From a virus, in IMG/VR virus record IMGVR_UViG_3300010965_000002, positions 32,001-96,000 of that record: a stretch of DNA of 64,000 bases; one strand, 5' to 3'. The notes below the pieces were generated by a model. It did no database searches, was not told the origin of the DNA, and was given only the letters and a program-made list of their open reading frames with translations. This document shows positions 54,444 through 63,908 of this stretch, in pieces; within the stretch, counting starts at the first letter, position 1, and each line of letters starts with the position of its first letter. A program made the translations under genes and the position numbers.

Positions 54444-55099
54444 TGAAAAAACTAGCCATTGTTACATTGACACGAGGTGAACGGCCTGAATGGTTTGAGC
54501 TTTGCAAGGAAAGTATTGCAAAAGCTCTGCCTGAGGATGCAGAGCACGTTGTTGTCCAGTGCCCAACTTACGCAGACGTTGAAGTTGCACGGTGGGAAGC
54601 CTTAAAACTAGCTGAATACATTGCGTTTGTAGACGACGATGACCTAATTATCAACGATAGCATCAACAAATTGTTGGTCGCCATTGAGAAAACAGGTTGT
54701 GGTGTTGCCTTCACAGACGAACAGCGAATTGATACAAACGGAAAGCCCTTTGAAGCAAACAAGCCCGTACGTTCGCGTGTGACCTACATGGACATCGCAT
54801 CAGGCGTACTTGGTTGTCACCATCTGGCTGTAGTTCGTACAAGCGCAGTTCCTCCAGAAGCTTGGGTAGAAGCACAGAAGATTGGCGCAGGCATCGACTG
54901 GCTTATCAATGCAACTGCTGCCTTAACTCATGGGGCTGTACGTGTGCCCATCTATGGATACCAATGGCGGCATCATAGCTCAGGCTTCCATATGACAACC
55001 GATTGGAAGACTGCTTTCAATACAGGTATATCTGATCTGCGTAAGTTCTTGCGTGGCTATGAGCCTAAAACAGATGAAGTTCCAATCTTCAAAGAATAA
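54443..55099 (+). CDS. GT-A fold glycosyltransferase (GT2-like)
   Basis: AIVTLTRG.R...CKESI, ARWEAL...EYIAFVDDDD (DxD), IDW, YQWRHH. Confidence 0.85.
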   Translation: MKKLAIVTLTRGERPEWFELCKESIAKALPEDAEHVVVQCPTYADVEVARWEALKLAEYIAFVDDDDLIINDSINKLLVAIEKTGCGVAFTDEQRIDTNGKPFEANKPVRSRVTYMDIASGVLGCHHLAVVRTSAVPPEAWVEAQKIGAGIDWLINATAALTHGAVRVPIYGYQWRHHSSGFHMTTDWKTAFNTGISDLRKFLRGYEPKTDEVPIFKE

Positions 55100-55114
55100 T
55101 CCGTAGGAGCATTC

Positions 55115-56170
55115 ATGACGACGCCAGTTCCAGTTCCAGGAGAGAACGAACTCCTAATTCCGAATCTCGGTTCCACTCTTGACGTTACGCCAAAGGTGAT
55201 TGTTGAGCTTTCGTTTCCGTTACCTGCGGGTGCCAGTGTTGTTCTTCTGCGTGACGGTTTGGCGTTAACTGCCGTGCCAGTGCAAATCAGTCCTACAGCC
55301 TTTGAGTTTGCTGACGTTGTGACGCCTGGTACGTATAACTACACTGCCAAGGTTCGTCAAGGTGTACGTAGAGAAGAAAGCAATGTTTACACAATTACGG
55401 TCAATCAGGAACTGCCTGTGCCTACTATTGTGGTTTATGCGACTGTATCTATCGCAACGTTGTTCAATACCTCGTGTCCAACAAACGTGGATGGCAGTTA
55501 TATATTAAACGTAGGCATCGACCCAATCACGAGTTCAGGCGAGTACGCGATATACGATGTCAACAATTTACGTGTCGATTTGCCTGCGTCTAGTACAGAC
55601 ATTATTGTGCATACAGTAGGCGCAGCTACGGTAGTTGCGTATAACAGCTATGATTTCGTTAGTGCACCTGCCGTCGGCGATCAACTAAGGCTGGTTCTTA
55701 TAGACCCTGATTTTGTGCCTATAACACCAATGCCTGCAGAGACTTTCTATACGGAAACGGTATCAAGCTCGCCTGCAACCGACGCGGTGTATCCGTCACC
55801 GTTGGTGGCTGTGCTATCAATGCCGCTAACAGGCCCGAACGTTCATTGGGGTATTGGCACCACTACGCTTCTTGTCGAAGTAACGAACGTAGGCTCACAG
55901 GCTTATGGTGTAGGCTGTGGTGCTACAGGTGTCAGTGCGAACCAGTATTATCAATCAATAGAACCTGGTCAAACGTACATCTTCAATGTAGTGTGCTCTG
56001 GAAATCCTGGAGACTTGGCAGGTATATGGGTAAACATCAACACTATAGTTGTAGGCGGCGCTAACTTCTACATGGAGACACAACAAGTTGCAGCCACCCA
56101 ACCACATGTTGCTGAAATCCCTGGTTCCGTGGTAGCCCAGACTATAGTTGTGAACTGTGGTGGCGACTGA
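55115..56170 (+). CDS. Ig-like domain virion accessory protein
   Basis: AGGAG RBS; TPGTYNYTAKV and other beta-sandwich patterns; N-terminus paralogous to 56198. Confidence 0.7.
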   Translation: MTTPVPVPGENELLIPNLGSTLDVTPKVIVELSFPLPAGASVVLLRDGLALTAVPVQISPTAFEFADVVTPGTYNYTAKVRQGVRREESNVYTITVNQELPVPTIVVYATVSIATLFNTSCPTNVDGSYILNVGIDPITSSGEYAIYDVNNLRVDLPASSTDIIVHTVGAATVVAYNSYDFVSAPAVGDQLRLVLIDPDFVPITPMPAETFYTETVSSSPATDAVYPSPLVAVLSMPLTGPNVHWGIGTTTLLVEVTNVGSQAYGVGCGATGVSANQYYQSIEPGQTYIFNVVCSGNPGDLAGIWVNINTIVVGGANFYMETQQVAATQPHVAEIPGSVVAQTIVVNCGGD

Positions 56171-56197
56171 TGTACCTTTTAACACTAGGAAATAAGT

Positions 56198-59100
56198 ATG
56201 GCAACGGCTGCTGAACAAACACGCGAGATAATTATTCCGCATAACGGGTCTACACTTGATAGACTGCCAACGGTAAACGTACACCTGTCTGCTCCACTTG
56301 GGCCTAATATGGCCCTAAAGTTGTATATAAACGAGGTGCTTTCAACGGAGAATAGTTCAGAAATATCTCCTACTGAATACATTTTTTCTCCGCAGTGCAG
56401 TCCAGGCGTTTATACCTTTCGTGTAGACGTGGTACAAACTGCTAGTGGCTCAAACGTAATAGGCACTCGACCGAGTAACGTGCGTAACATCAAAGTTGAA
56501 GATGTCAATCAAGGATGGTCGGCAGCTATCAATCAAGATGGACCTTATGCGCGTGGCAACGCAGGTACCAGTGACAATTTCGATGACTTCAATTGGCACG
56601 ATAGCTTCTGGTTGGCCGTGATTGGAAACGTTAAGGTTACTGACATCGTTAGATGGGCAACCAGCTGGGCTCCAGGTTCAGATGGTGATCTACCACCTGT
56701 AGTTGTGCAACACACTGCACAAGCTGGTCTACCGCATCGTCTTGAACTGCAAGCCCGGCTTGGCAGCAAAGGTAGCGTTTCCTACTCAAGCGGTGTGATG
56801 ACCGTCACATTGATGGTGAACGAGGTAGCACTAGGTGATGTGCTTGAACTTACGCTGGAAGACGATCAAACGGATTCTCACGCAGAAAGTGCAACCTGGC
56901 GTGTGGTTGGTCCTTTAGTGCCGCCTGTGAGCATCCATCTGAGTGACAGTGTTACCATGCTGCCCGTAGATAACTCCGCTGGTGTAGTGTGGTACGACTT
57001 CGTTGTGCCTGGTACTAATCCGGTTGTGATCGACACCGTTGGAGGCACGGCAGATACTGAGATTGCCGTGTACGACAGTCTAGGACATCTGATTGCTCAG
57101 GACGATAGCAGCGGAAACGATGCCTTCGACAGTAGTTTGCTGACACTAACAGGCTTGACACCTGGTGCCACGTACTATCTGGCTGTGGGTGAATACCAGA
57201 TGACCTTTGGTACAGACAATTGGCAAGTTACGCAGCCTGATGGTTCGACAGGCGAAGCAGTTGTGTTGAATGCCAACCTGAGCTATGTGGCGACACCCTT
57301 AGCCTATGCGTTTGAGAACTTTGCGTTTGCAAGCATTCAAGCTCCGACAGGTAGTGCTACATTCCGTCATACACTCACTGGTTCAGGTGCTGCGGCAGTT
57401 GTTGATCTGTACGGTGTAGCTGACGTGGTACTGGAAACCTCTTCGCCGGGAACGACATCAACACGGTTGGTACCTATTTATTCACGCTTGCTAGGTGGTG
57501 CAATTGATGGTTATGAGTTCTGGGAAAATGGTTCTATGGTTAGCTCTGCTCCATGGGACCCATACGACACAACAGAACAGACTGTTCGACCTGTTGCGAT
57601 TAGCGAACATCTGTACAACGGACATTCGCCTGCAGCAAATCGTTTTGTGCGCTTCATATTGAGTCCTGACTGGTCAATTGAAATGACCACGGCGTTTGAT
57701 GGTCAACTGACGGCGGCTACATTCACTGGTGTTTGGGCAGGTAAAGCAATTTCTCGCACCCCAGCATTGGTTCAAACGTTGGAACTGGATAAAACTTTTG
57801 AAGTTAACCCAGTGGTACCTGTAACAAACCCATTCTCAATAACTTGGGACTATTCAAGCAGCGCCAATGGCAACATACGAACAGATACTGATTTGCCTCC
57901 TGGCTACGGCACGCCGACACCAGGTGTAAGTCGTTACCTGTTGAAAAACGGTATGGCCGTTACAGCAAGCATGACAATGCAAGCTAACGCAGGCCCTAAC
58001 ACGGTTCTGCAACCTGGTGACATTGTTATCCTGCAAGGTGTGATGCACGTTGGAACGTTGACAGGTACGGAGGATTCGCAGACACGCAACGTTGGTGGCG
58101 GTTACTCGCCGTTGACGCATACAGTGACTGAGCACCCATCGTATATCGGTGACGAAAATCTGCAACTGCTTGGTGAACAAGGTGTTGATTGGGCAAGTAC
58201 ACGTACTCAGTGTAGTTATCCATTAGGTCTTGATGCCCGCACTTTCACAATAAAAGCTACACCAACGATTGACCCTACAACTGGCGCTTGCGATTTTTGG
58301 TACGGCCCTTTCTTCACGCTCACGCAGGCAGAAATGTTTGCATTCGGCAATACCTCTGAGTTGATTTCTACCATCAACGGTATTGCGATCTACCGTGGCG
58401 GAGTGTCTCCTGCAAACTTGATATTCTCAGATGTGAATCGTGAGATATTCAAGATGCGATCAGAGGTGCGCGAAGACCCTGCACAGGCTTTGGTGCAGAA
58501 CTTCGCCGCAACGCCATTGTCGGGTACGGCTCCATTAGTTGTGACGTACCAAGACTTGTCGAACTTCCCAACGACCGATGTTTCGTACACGGTTACTGGG
58601 CTGCTGGTGAATGCCACTACCGACACAATCGGTATGCAAGGTGTGTACGACGTGATGCAAGAAGTGCGACGGCCTGATACGACGTTGTCCCAAGTCACGA
58701 AGACAGCTTACCTGACGGTGAATGAGCGCACGTATCCATCTGATGCACCTTACGTAGACATCTTCCGGGATGAATATAACGGTGTGGTGATCGACATTGC
58801 AAGCCATGTGCCTAACTTGGCACCTGTTGATGCGGTTGTGACGGGTACAAACGTGTTCACTACAGGCAATGGATACGTGCATCGCCAAGATACGAGTCAG
58901 ATGTATTTGCGTGTTGACACGGCACGACCTACAGGTACAAACTTTGACTACAAACTTGCGTGGTCAATGGCCTTTGCAGAACAGGTGTTCACAAACGGTA
59001 CGTTGTTCTTTGCCCATATTTTCGGTAACGACTATGGCGGCATGAACGGTGGCAATCCTGGCTATGCGGCTGTACGTGTGTTCCGTCAAGCTGGCGCTGT

Positions 59101-60019
59101 ACGTCTGGGTCTGACGTTGGAAAATTTAGGTGGTTCAAACTATGCTGAATTGACTACAACGCTGCCTTCGACTATGGGTACGATTTACGAGTGCGAACTT
59201 GTACTGACGCCTGCAGGCGCAACACTCAATGTGAATGGTGAAACATTGAACAACGTGTTTGACTCAAGCACTTGGGGTGACAGTCTGACAGCGTTCCAAG
59301 TCACAAACGTGGTGAACGCCATCTATCTGAACCGTATGCGTATGGCTTACAAGCCTGTGCTGTCGGTTGTGCTGCAAGAGGACTTCAATGGTGCTGCTGG
59401 TACGTTTGTGCCTCGTGCTCCAACATTGCCCGGAACTGGCTGGTTGACTGACCATGCCACACCTAGTGCAACTTGGCCGAGCATGGTGCTGGACGGCGCT
59501 GGTGCTTTGGTGACGCCTTTTGTGAACGGTAACTCCTACAACGGAGGAGTTACCGTAGCAAAACAAGTGGATGTGGTTGACCCTAACAATGGTGATCTGT
59601 CTTACGGAATACCTACTCAGCTTTCGAGCATTGAGTTTGATATTTCCACAGGTACTGCGTTCCGCACAGGTGGTACTTACATGTTCGCTATCTACTTACG
59701 GTTCGCCGCAGCAGATCAAGGCTTTGAAGACTACCTTAGTTTGTCAGCATACCGCGATCAAACGACTGGACAAGCCACTTGGGAGTATCAAAACGACTAC
59801 GGTGGAAACTACGACACACAAACGTTGCCTCTGGTGTTCACTGCAAACACTGATTACCTGGTAGTGATTACGAAAGTAGGCGCTACATTGGAAATTCGTG
59901 TGAACGGTGCGTTGATTTGGACGGTGCCTTTCGTGCAAGGCGATCAGCCTTTGTTGAGCGCCAACCTGCGTCAGCACAGCGGTAAGATTCGCTCACTCAA
60001 GGTATCTGGTTTAGGCTAG
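56198..60019 (+). CDS. Large multi-domain adhesin-like protein (Ig-like, PPC-like, PKD-like, lectin-like)
   Basis: PPC-like DTEIAVYD......AQDD....SLL...LTPG.TYYLAV; PKD-like FAATPLSGTAPLVVTYQDLS. Confidence 0.75.
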   Translation: MATAAEQTREIIIPHNGSTLDRLPTVNVHLSAPLGPNMALKLYINEVLSTENSSEISPTEYIFSPQCSPGVYTFRVDVVQTASGSNVIGTRPSNVRNIKVEDVNQGWSAAINQDGPYARGNAGTSDNFDDFNWHDSFWLAVIGNVKVTDIVRWATSWAPGSDGDLPPVVVQHTAQAGLPHRLELQARLGSKGSVSYSSGVMTVTLMVNEVALGDVLELTLEDDQTDSHAESATWRVVGPLVPPVSIHLSDSVTMLPVDNSAGVVWYDFVVPGTNPVVIDTVGGTADTEIAVYDSLGHLIAQDDSSGNDAFDSSLLTLTGLTPGATYYLAVGEYQMTFGTDNWQVTQPDGSTGEAVVLNANLSYVATPLAYAFENFAFASIQAPTGSATFRHTLTGSGAAAVVDLYGVADVVLETSSPGTTSTRLVPIYSRLLGGAIDGYEFWENGSMVSSAPWDPYDTTEQTVRPVAISEHLYNGHSPAANRFVRFILSPDWSIEMTTAFDGQLTAATFTGVWAGKAISRTPALVQTLELDKTFEVNPVVPVTNPFSITWDYSSSANGNIRTDTDLPPGYGTPTPGVSRYLLKNGMAVTASMTMQANAGPNTVLQPGDIVILQGVMHVGTLTGTEDSQTRNVGGGYSPLTHTVTEHPSYIGDENLQLLGEQGVDWASTRTQCSYPLGLDARTFTIKATPTIDPTTGACDFWYGPFFTLTQAEMFAFGNTSELISTINGIAIYRGGVSPANLIFSDVNREIFKMRSEVREDPAQALVQNFAATPLSGTAPLVVTYQDLSNFPTTDVSYTVTGLLVNATTDTIGMQGVYDVMQEVRRPDTTLSQVTKTAYLTVNERTYPSDAPYVDIFRDEYNGVVIDIASHVPNLAPVDAVVTGTNVFTTGNGYVHRQDTSQMYLRVDTARPTGTNFDYKLAWSMAFAEQVFTNGTLFFAHIFGNDYGGMNGGNPGYAAVRVFRQAGAVRLGLTLENLGGSNYAELTTTLPSTMGTIYECELVLTPAGATLNVNGETLNNVFDSSTWGDSLTAFQVTNVVNAIYLNRMRMAYKPVLSVVLQEDFNGAAGTFVPRAPTLPGTGWLTDHATPSATWPSMVLDGAGALVTPFVNGNSYNGGVTVAKQVDVVDPNNGDLSYGIPTQLSSIEFDISTGTAFRTGGTYMFAIYLRFAAADQGFEDYLSLSAYRDQTTGQATWEYQNDYGGNYDTQTLPLVFTANTDYLVVITKVGATLEIRVNGALIWTVPFVQGDQPLLSANLRQHSGKIRSLKVSGLG

Positions 60020-60235
60020 AAACGGACAACCCAAGTTCAAAGACCTCAAATCTGAGAGCTTGGGTTGATCAAAAAGGGCGTACTCTAATTTAACATCCAT
60101 AGATTGACGCATAAAGTCAACTGTTGAATTGTGTGCGCAGGACTCATACGGAACACAGGTAAATCTGGGTATGTACCGACACAAACAAATTGCAACTGCA
60201 CCTGCTGTGTGCAGTAATTTACAAAAGGGTCTCAA

Positions 60236-61846
60236 ATGAGTGGAATTCTATTCGTTGACACCGTTACCCATGTACCTGCTGTATGGGCCAACGCGGTCAA
60301 TACTCTGGTCTACGACATTTTCGGTGCATCTACTACTTTAGCCCAGGCGCAACAACGTCTTGGGCTACAGTCGCTTGCTTACCAGCTTCACAGCCAGGTA
60401 AACATCACGGGTGGCAACATCAATGGTGTGGAAATGGGTACGGTCACTCCGGTAACACGGCTAGTAACTAAAGCAGGCTCAGTCATTGACGACCCTGTGG
60501 CTGACATTGACATTGTGAACAAAGGTTGGATGCGCGCCTGGATTCAAAACGCTCTGACCACAACGCAAACCGAATGGTTGGGTGGCCTTGGCACAATGGC
60601 CGTGCAGAACGCCAACAACGTTCGTATCATTGCAGGCACGATTGACAGCACAGACATTGGTTTACATGGTAGGGCCAGTGGTAAGTTCACCACGCTGAAA
60701 GCGTCAAATCCCCCGATTGACGGCGATGATGTAGTTACCTTAGGTTGGTTGACACAGCACTATGACGTGCGCCTCAATGCGTTACGCAGTATGGCGTATC
60801 AGGATGCAAATTCTGTAGCTATATCAGGTGGTGAAATTGACGGCGTGCGCATTGGGCTTACAGTGCCATCGGTAGCCCGTCTGGCAAACGGCACTATCAT
60901 TGCAGCGCCTACTACATACGAGAGCCTTGTAAATAAACGCTACGTAGACAGTAGCATCAGTGCAGCCTTGTCCAATCTCAAGACTATGGCATATCAGGAC
61001 AGTTTTGCTGTCTCGATTACAGGCGGCACAATTGACGGTACGGACATAGGCTTGACTGCGCCTTCGCGTGGCTTGTTCAGTGATCTGACAGTGCAAAAGA
61101 ACGCAGCCTGGCTGTACTTGAAAACACTGAGTACCGGTCCTGGCAATCTGAGTGGTATTCAATGGCGTGATGGTGTAAACGAGGTTGGCCGTTTGGCTTA
61201 CTACGGTGCAGACAATCTACCTTTGAACAACGCAATCGAACTTCGAGCTACAGTACCTATCCAGATTCAAAGCGACTCTGGTGCAGGTATCCGTATGGAC
61301 GGGACGAACACTCGCGTGTACGGACCTAACGTTCGGATTATCGAAGCCCTCAGTGACAAGTTGATTGTTGGTGGAGGCGCTGCGAAGACTGGATACGCTG
61401 CGACTTTCAATCGTCCTGGCTGGTTTGAAGCACTGGGCACGAAGCGCGGTTTCTTTGAACAAGGTCAGAGTGATGGTTACGACACTACCTATGCAACGGT
61501 AGCGGCTGGAACCCTGACGTTGCAAACGCATCAGAACAGTGCCGCGTTTATTAACCTAACAGGTAACGCCACAGTTCAGTTTGCTGCACAAGATGCTACT
61601 TGGGTTGGTCTTCGCGTAGTCCGGTTAATCATTCGCCACGATGTAGGCGGACGCACACTGGGCTGGCCGTCTAACGTTTTCTGGGTTGGTGGTTTTGAAC
61701 CTGACTATTCAACGTCACTGGCTCAAGACTTCGACCTCGTAGAACTGTGGACTTTCAACGGCGGCGCAAGTTGGTTCGCAAAATCCGCTTACGGAACTCT
61801 CGATACGGCCTCGGAAGTGGTCGCAATCCTCATGGCAGCAAACTAA
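60236..61846 (+). CDS. Tail fibre-like protein C
   Basis: Shared N-terminal module and MAYQD repeats; C-terminal RTLGWPSNVFW.GG.EP....DLV..WT.NGG..W domain. Confidence 0.78.
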   Translation: MSGILFVDTVTHVPAVWANAVNTLVYDIFGASTTLAQAQQRLGLQSLAYQLHSQVNITGGNINGVEMGTVTPVTRLVTKAGSVIDDPVADIDIVNKGWMRAWIQNALTTTQTEWLGGLGTMAVQNANNVRIIAGTIDSTDIGLHGRASGKFTTLKASNPPIDGDDVVTLGWLTQHYDVRLNALRSMAYQDANSVAISGGEIDGVRIGLTVPSVARLANGTIIAAPTTYESLVNKRYVDSSISAALSNLKTMAYQDSFAVSITGGTIDGTDIGLTAPSRGLFSDLTVQKNAAWLYLKTLSTGPGNLSGIQWRDGVNEVGRLAYYGADNLPLNNAIELRATVPIQIQSDSGAGIRMDGTNTRVYGPNVRIIEALSDKLIVGGGAAKTGYAATFNRPGWFEALGTKRGFFEQGQSDGYDTTYATVAAGTLTLQTHQNSAAFINLTGNATVQFAAQDATWVGLRVVRLIIRHDVGGRTLGWPSNVFWVGGFEPDYSTSLAQDFDLVELWTFNGGASWFAKSAYGTLDTASEVVAILMAAN

Positions 61847-61854
61847 GGTAAATC

Positions 61855-62247
61855 ATGGCCCAACTAATTTGGAATGTACAGAACGCGGTAAGCGTAACAA
61901 TCACCCCAGGCATCGGCACCGTCGCTGCGGCTGGAAATGTCACAGTAAACCCAACGGTTTCAACAACCTACACGCTGACGGCAACTGACCGTCGTGGCCG
62001 TCAAACGGTTGCAACCGTGGTCTTAGGGCCACCTGCTGTTGGCACTCCACCTGTCGGCACACCACCAGTGGGAACTCCTCCGGTTGGAACACCGCCTGTA
62101 GGGACGCCGCCCGTCGGTACTCCACCTGTCGGCACACCACCAGTGGGAACTCCTCCGGTTGGAACACCTCCTGTAGGGACGCCGCCCGTCGGTACTCCAC
62201 CTGTCGGCAGTCCAGTTGGAAGCCCTGTAGGCTCGCCAGTGGGTTAA
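61855..62247 (+). CDS. Small Ig/PKD-like protein with C-terminal TPPVG repeats
   Basis: L.WNVQNA.SVTI.PGIG......V.P..STTYTLTAT; last 72 aa are repeats. Confidence 0.8.
   Translation: MAQLIWNVQNAVSVTITPGIGTVAAAGNVTVNPTVSTTYTLTATDRRGRQTVATVVLGPPAVGTPPVGTPPVGTPPVGTPPVGTPPVGTPPVGTPPVGTPPVGTPPVGTPPVGTPPVGSPVGSPVGSPVG
62029..62244 (+). repeat. Coding repeat PPAVG-(TPPVG)11-(SPVG)3 with a 75-bp higher-order duplication
   Basis: 62044-62118 and 62119-62193 differ at one base. Confidence 0.95.
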
Positions 62248-62317
62248 AAAGATGTAAATACATCTTGGCGAACAAGACCGCGCCTGTACGGTCTTATCAA
62301 CTTACCTAGAGGTAAAA

Positions 62318-62725
62318 ATGAAACGCAATTTTAATGTAAAGCTGACCAATCTCAACGGTGGCATCCTCGTGCAACGTGTACCGCATCCAGAAGGTGGTAA
62401 CGAAAAAGATGAGCAAGGCAACGACATCAAAGGCGCCGACGGTCAGCCTGTTGCACGTTCGACAACGCAAGAACTGATTGCCAGCGATCTGGTGTGTACG
62501 GCCCTGCTGAGTCCTTTCAACGACGAGCAACCTTCCGCAGAAGAAAAGCACAAGCGTTTCAAGTTGGCACAACGTATCAACGCAGGTCAACAACAGGCAG
62601 CGAACGACGGTGGCACTACGGAAGTGGACATCACCTCGGAAGAGGCCACTCTGATTAAGAACCTGAGCGCCAAGTTGTATGCACCGTTGGTGGTTGGTCA
62701 GTTGATCGACATCATCGAAGGTTAA
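62318..62725 (+). CDS. Conserved phage protein (possible fibre assembly chaperone)
   Basis: GAGG RBS; SAEEK.KRFKLA.RI...VDITSEEATLIK pattern. Confidence 0.6.
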   Translation: MKRNFNVKLTNLNGGILVQRVPHPEGGNEKDEQGNDIKGADGQPVARSTTQELIASDLVCTALLSPFNDEQPSAEEKHKRFKLAQRINAGQQQAANDGGTTEVDITSEEATLIKNLSAKLYAPLVVGQLIDIIEG

Positions 62726-62728
62726 ACA

Positions 62729-63592
62729 ATGAAATTTCAGATTACGAGCGCGGGTTTTGCTGCTGCGTTTGCTGCCTCCAATCAAGGGCCAGAAATACGC
62801 ATCGGAGAGTTCCGAATAGGTGCTGGTGTCGGCTATTCCCCCGCCGTAACTGATACTGCACTGCATGGAGCGGAGCTATTCACTGGGACGCCAACTGGCT
62901 ACCGAGTTATCGACCCTAATACTTGCGAGTTCACAATTCGCATGGATGAAACGGTAGGTACATGGCAGTTTGGTGAAGTAGGCTTGTATCTACTTGACGG
63001 CACCTTGTTTGCACTTGGTGCTTTGCAACGTCCTCAGTGGAAAGCTGCGTATCCTGACCGAGACTTCAACCGTTACAACGTCAAGATTCGGTTGATTATC
63101 AACGGGGCGATTCCCAAGATTGAGCTAGTCGTTCAACAGATCACTGCTGGTGTTATCTGGGAACTGCCAAGCGTTGACTATCTCCCTATGTTGCTGGATG
63201 CACAGACCAATGTGTATCTGTGTCACAGTCAGGACGAAAACGGTAACGATGCCTTGTGTACGATGGGTGATAATCGCTGGACGATTAACACGCATTTGCG
63301 CAGACAAGCCTCCGGCATCATCACGGCTGTCAACTTAGCAGGCACACAACTTTCTTCTCCCGTCATAGTGCTTGCGGACTCAACCCACGGACGCTATCTG
63401 ATTCAGTTTACAAGTGGCGCGGCAAAGGGTTTGGTGCGTGAAGTCGCAAGTCTGAGCTTCGGTCAAGCTACATGGCTAACACCTGAAGTCAACGTGGCTG
63501 TAGGCGATACTTTTGAATTGTTGCAAGGTAACTCAAGCAGCGATACGAGTGGTGGTGACGACGCCTTCTTCTTTTCGCTACTAGGAAAATAA
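62729..63592 (+). CDS. Tail-collar/baseplate-proximal fibre protein (DUF3751-like N-terminus)
   Basis: ITSAG.AA.......I....F.IG.G..Y.P, F..GEVGLY..DGTLFA. Confidence 0.75.
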   Translation: MKFQITSAGFAAAFAASNQGPEIRIGEFRIGAGVGYSPAVTDTALHGAELFTGTPTGYRVIDPNTCEFTIRMDETVGTWQFGEVGLYLLDGTLFALGALQRPQWKAAYPDRDFNRYNVKIRLIINGAIPKIELVVQQITAGVIWELPSVDYLPMLLDAQTNVYLCHSQDENGNDALCTMGDNRWTINTHLRRQASGIITAVNLAGTQLSSPVIVLADSTHGRYLIQFTSGAAKGLVREVASLSFGQATWLTPEVNVAVGDTFELLQGNSSSDTSGGDDAFFFSLLGK

Positions 63593-63593
63593 T

Positions 63594-63908
63594 ATGGCAA
63601 TCAAAATCATAGGTCGCGGCATTCATGCGTCGGCGACCCCAAACGAAATTGTCTACACACCGCCTGGTGATGTGATAAGCGCAACCATTGCGACAGGTAC
63701 GGTTGAAAACATACTGCCGATAGGCGCTAAGTTGTTTATACGCATCGGTGGTCGTGGCATTTGGGTAATCAAAGGCAAAGATATTCCAGTCATGGGCGCG
63801 CCTCTCGTGCTGCCACCCATTACACTCAATCCTGGTGAATGGTTGGAAGCGTGGAGCGATACACCAAATGCACTTGACATTAACATAACGATTGGTGAAC
63901 AACGATGA
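63594..63908 (+). CDS. Small fibre-associated beta protein
   Basis: VYT.P...ATI...V.N...L.PGE.L pattern; AGGA RBS. Confidence 0.6.
   Translation: MAIKIIGRGIHASATPNEIVYTPPGDVISATIATGTVENILPIGAKLFIRIGGRGIWVIKGKDIPVMGAPLVLPPITLNPGEWLEAWSDTPNALDINITIGEQR

Noticed and set aside
48327-60235. Stop-codon reassignment (TAG readthrough) suggested by TAG-rich gaps
   Set aside because: Genes tile well under the standard code. Reading through TAG at 53620 hits more stops and ends at TAA without joining the next ORF.
51904-62244. CRISPR array or DGR template/variable repeats
   Set aside because: The repeats are in-frame coding units without unique spacers. No reverse transcriptase and no adenine-specific mismatched repeat pair were seen. 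Fibre paralogs are similar only at protein level.
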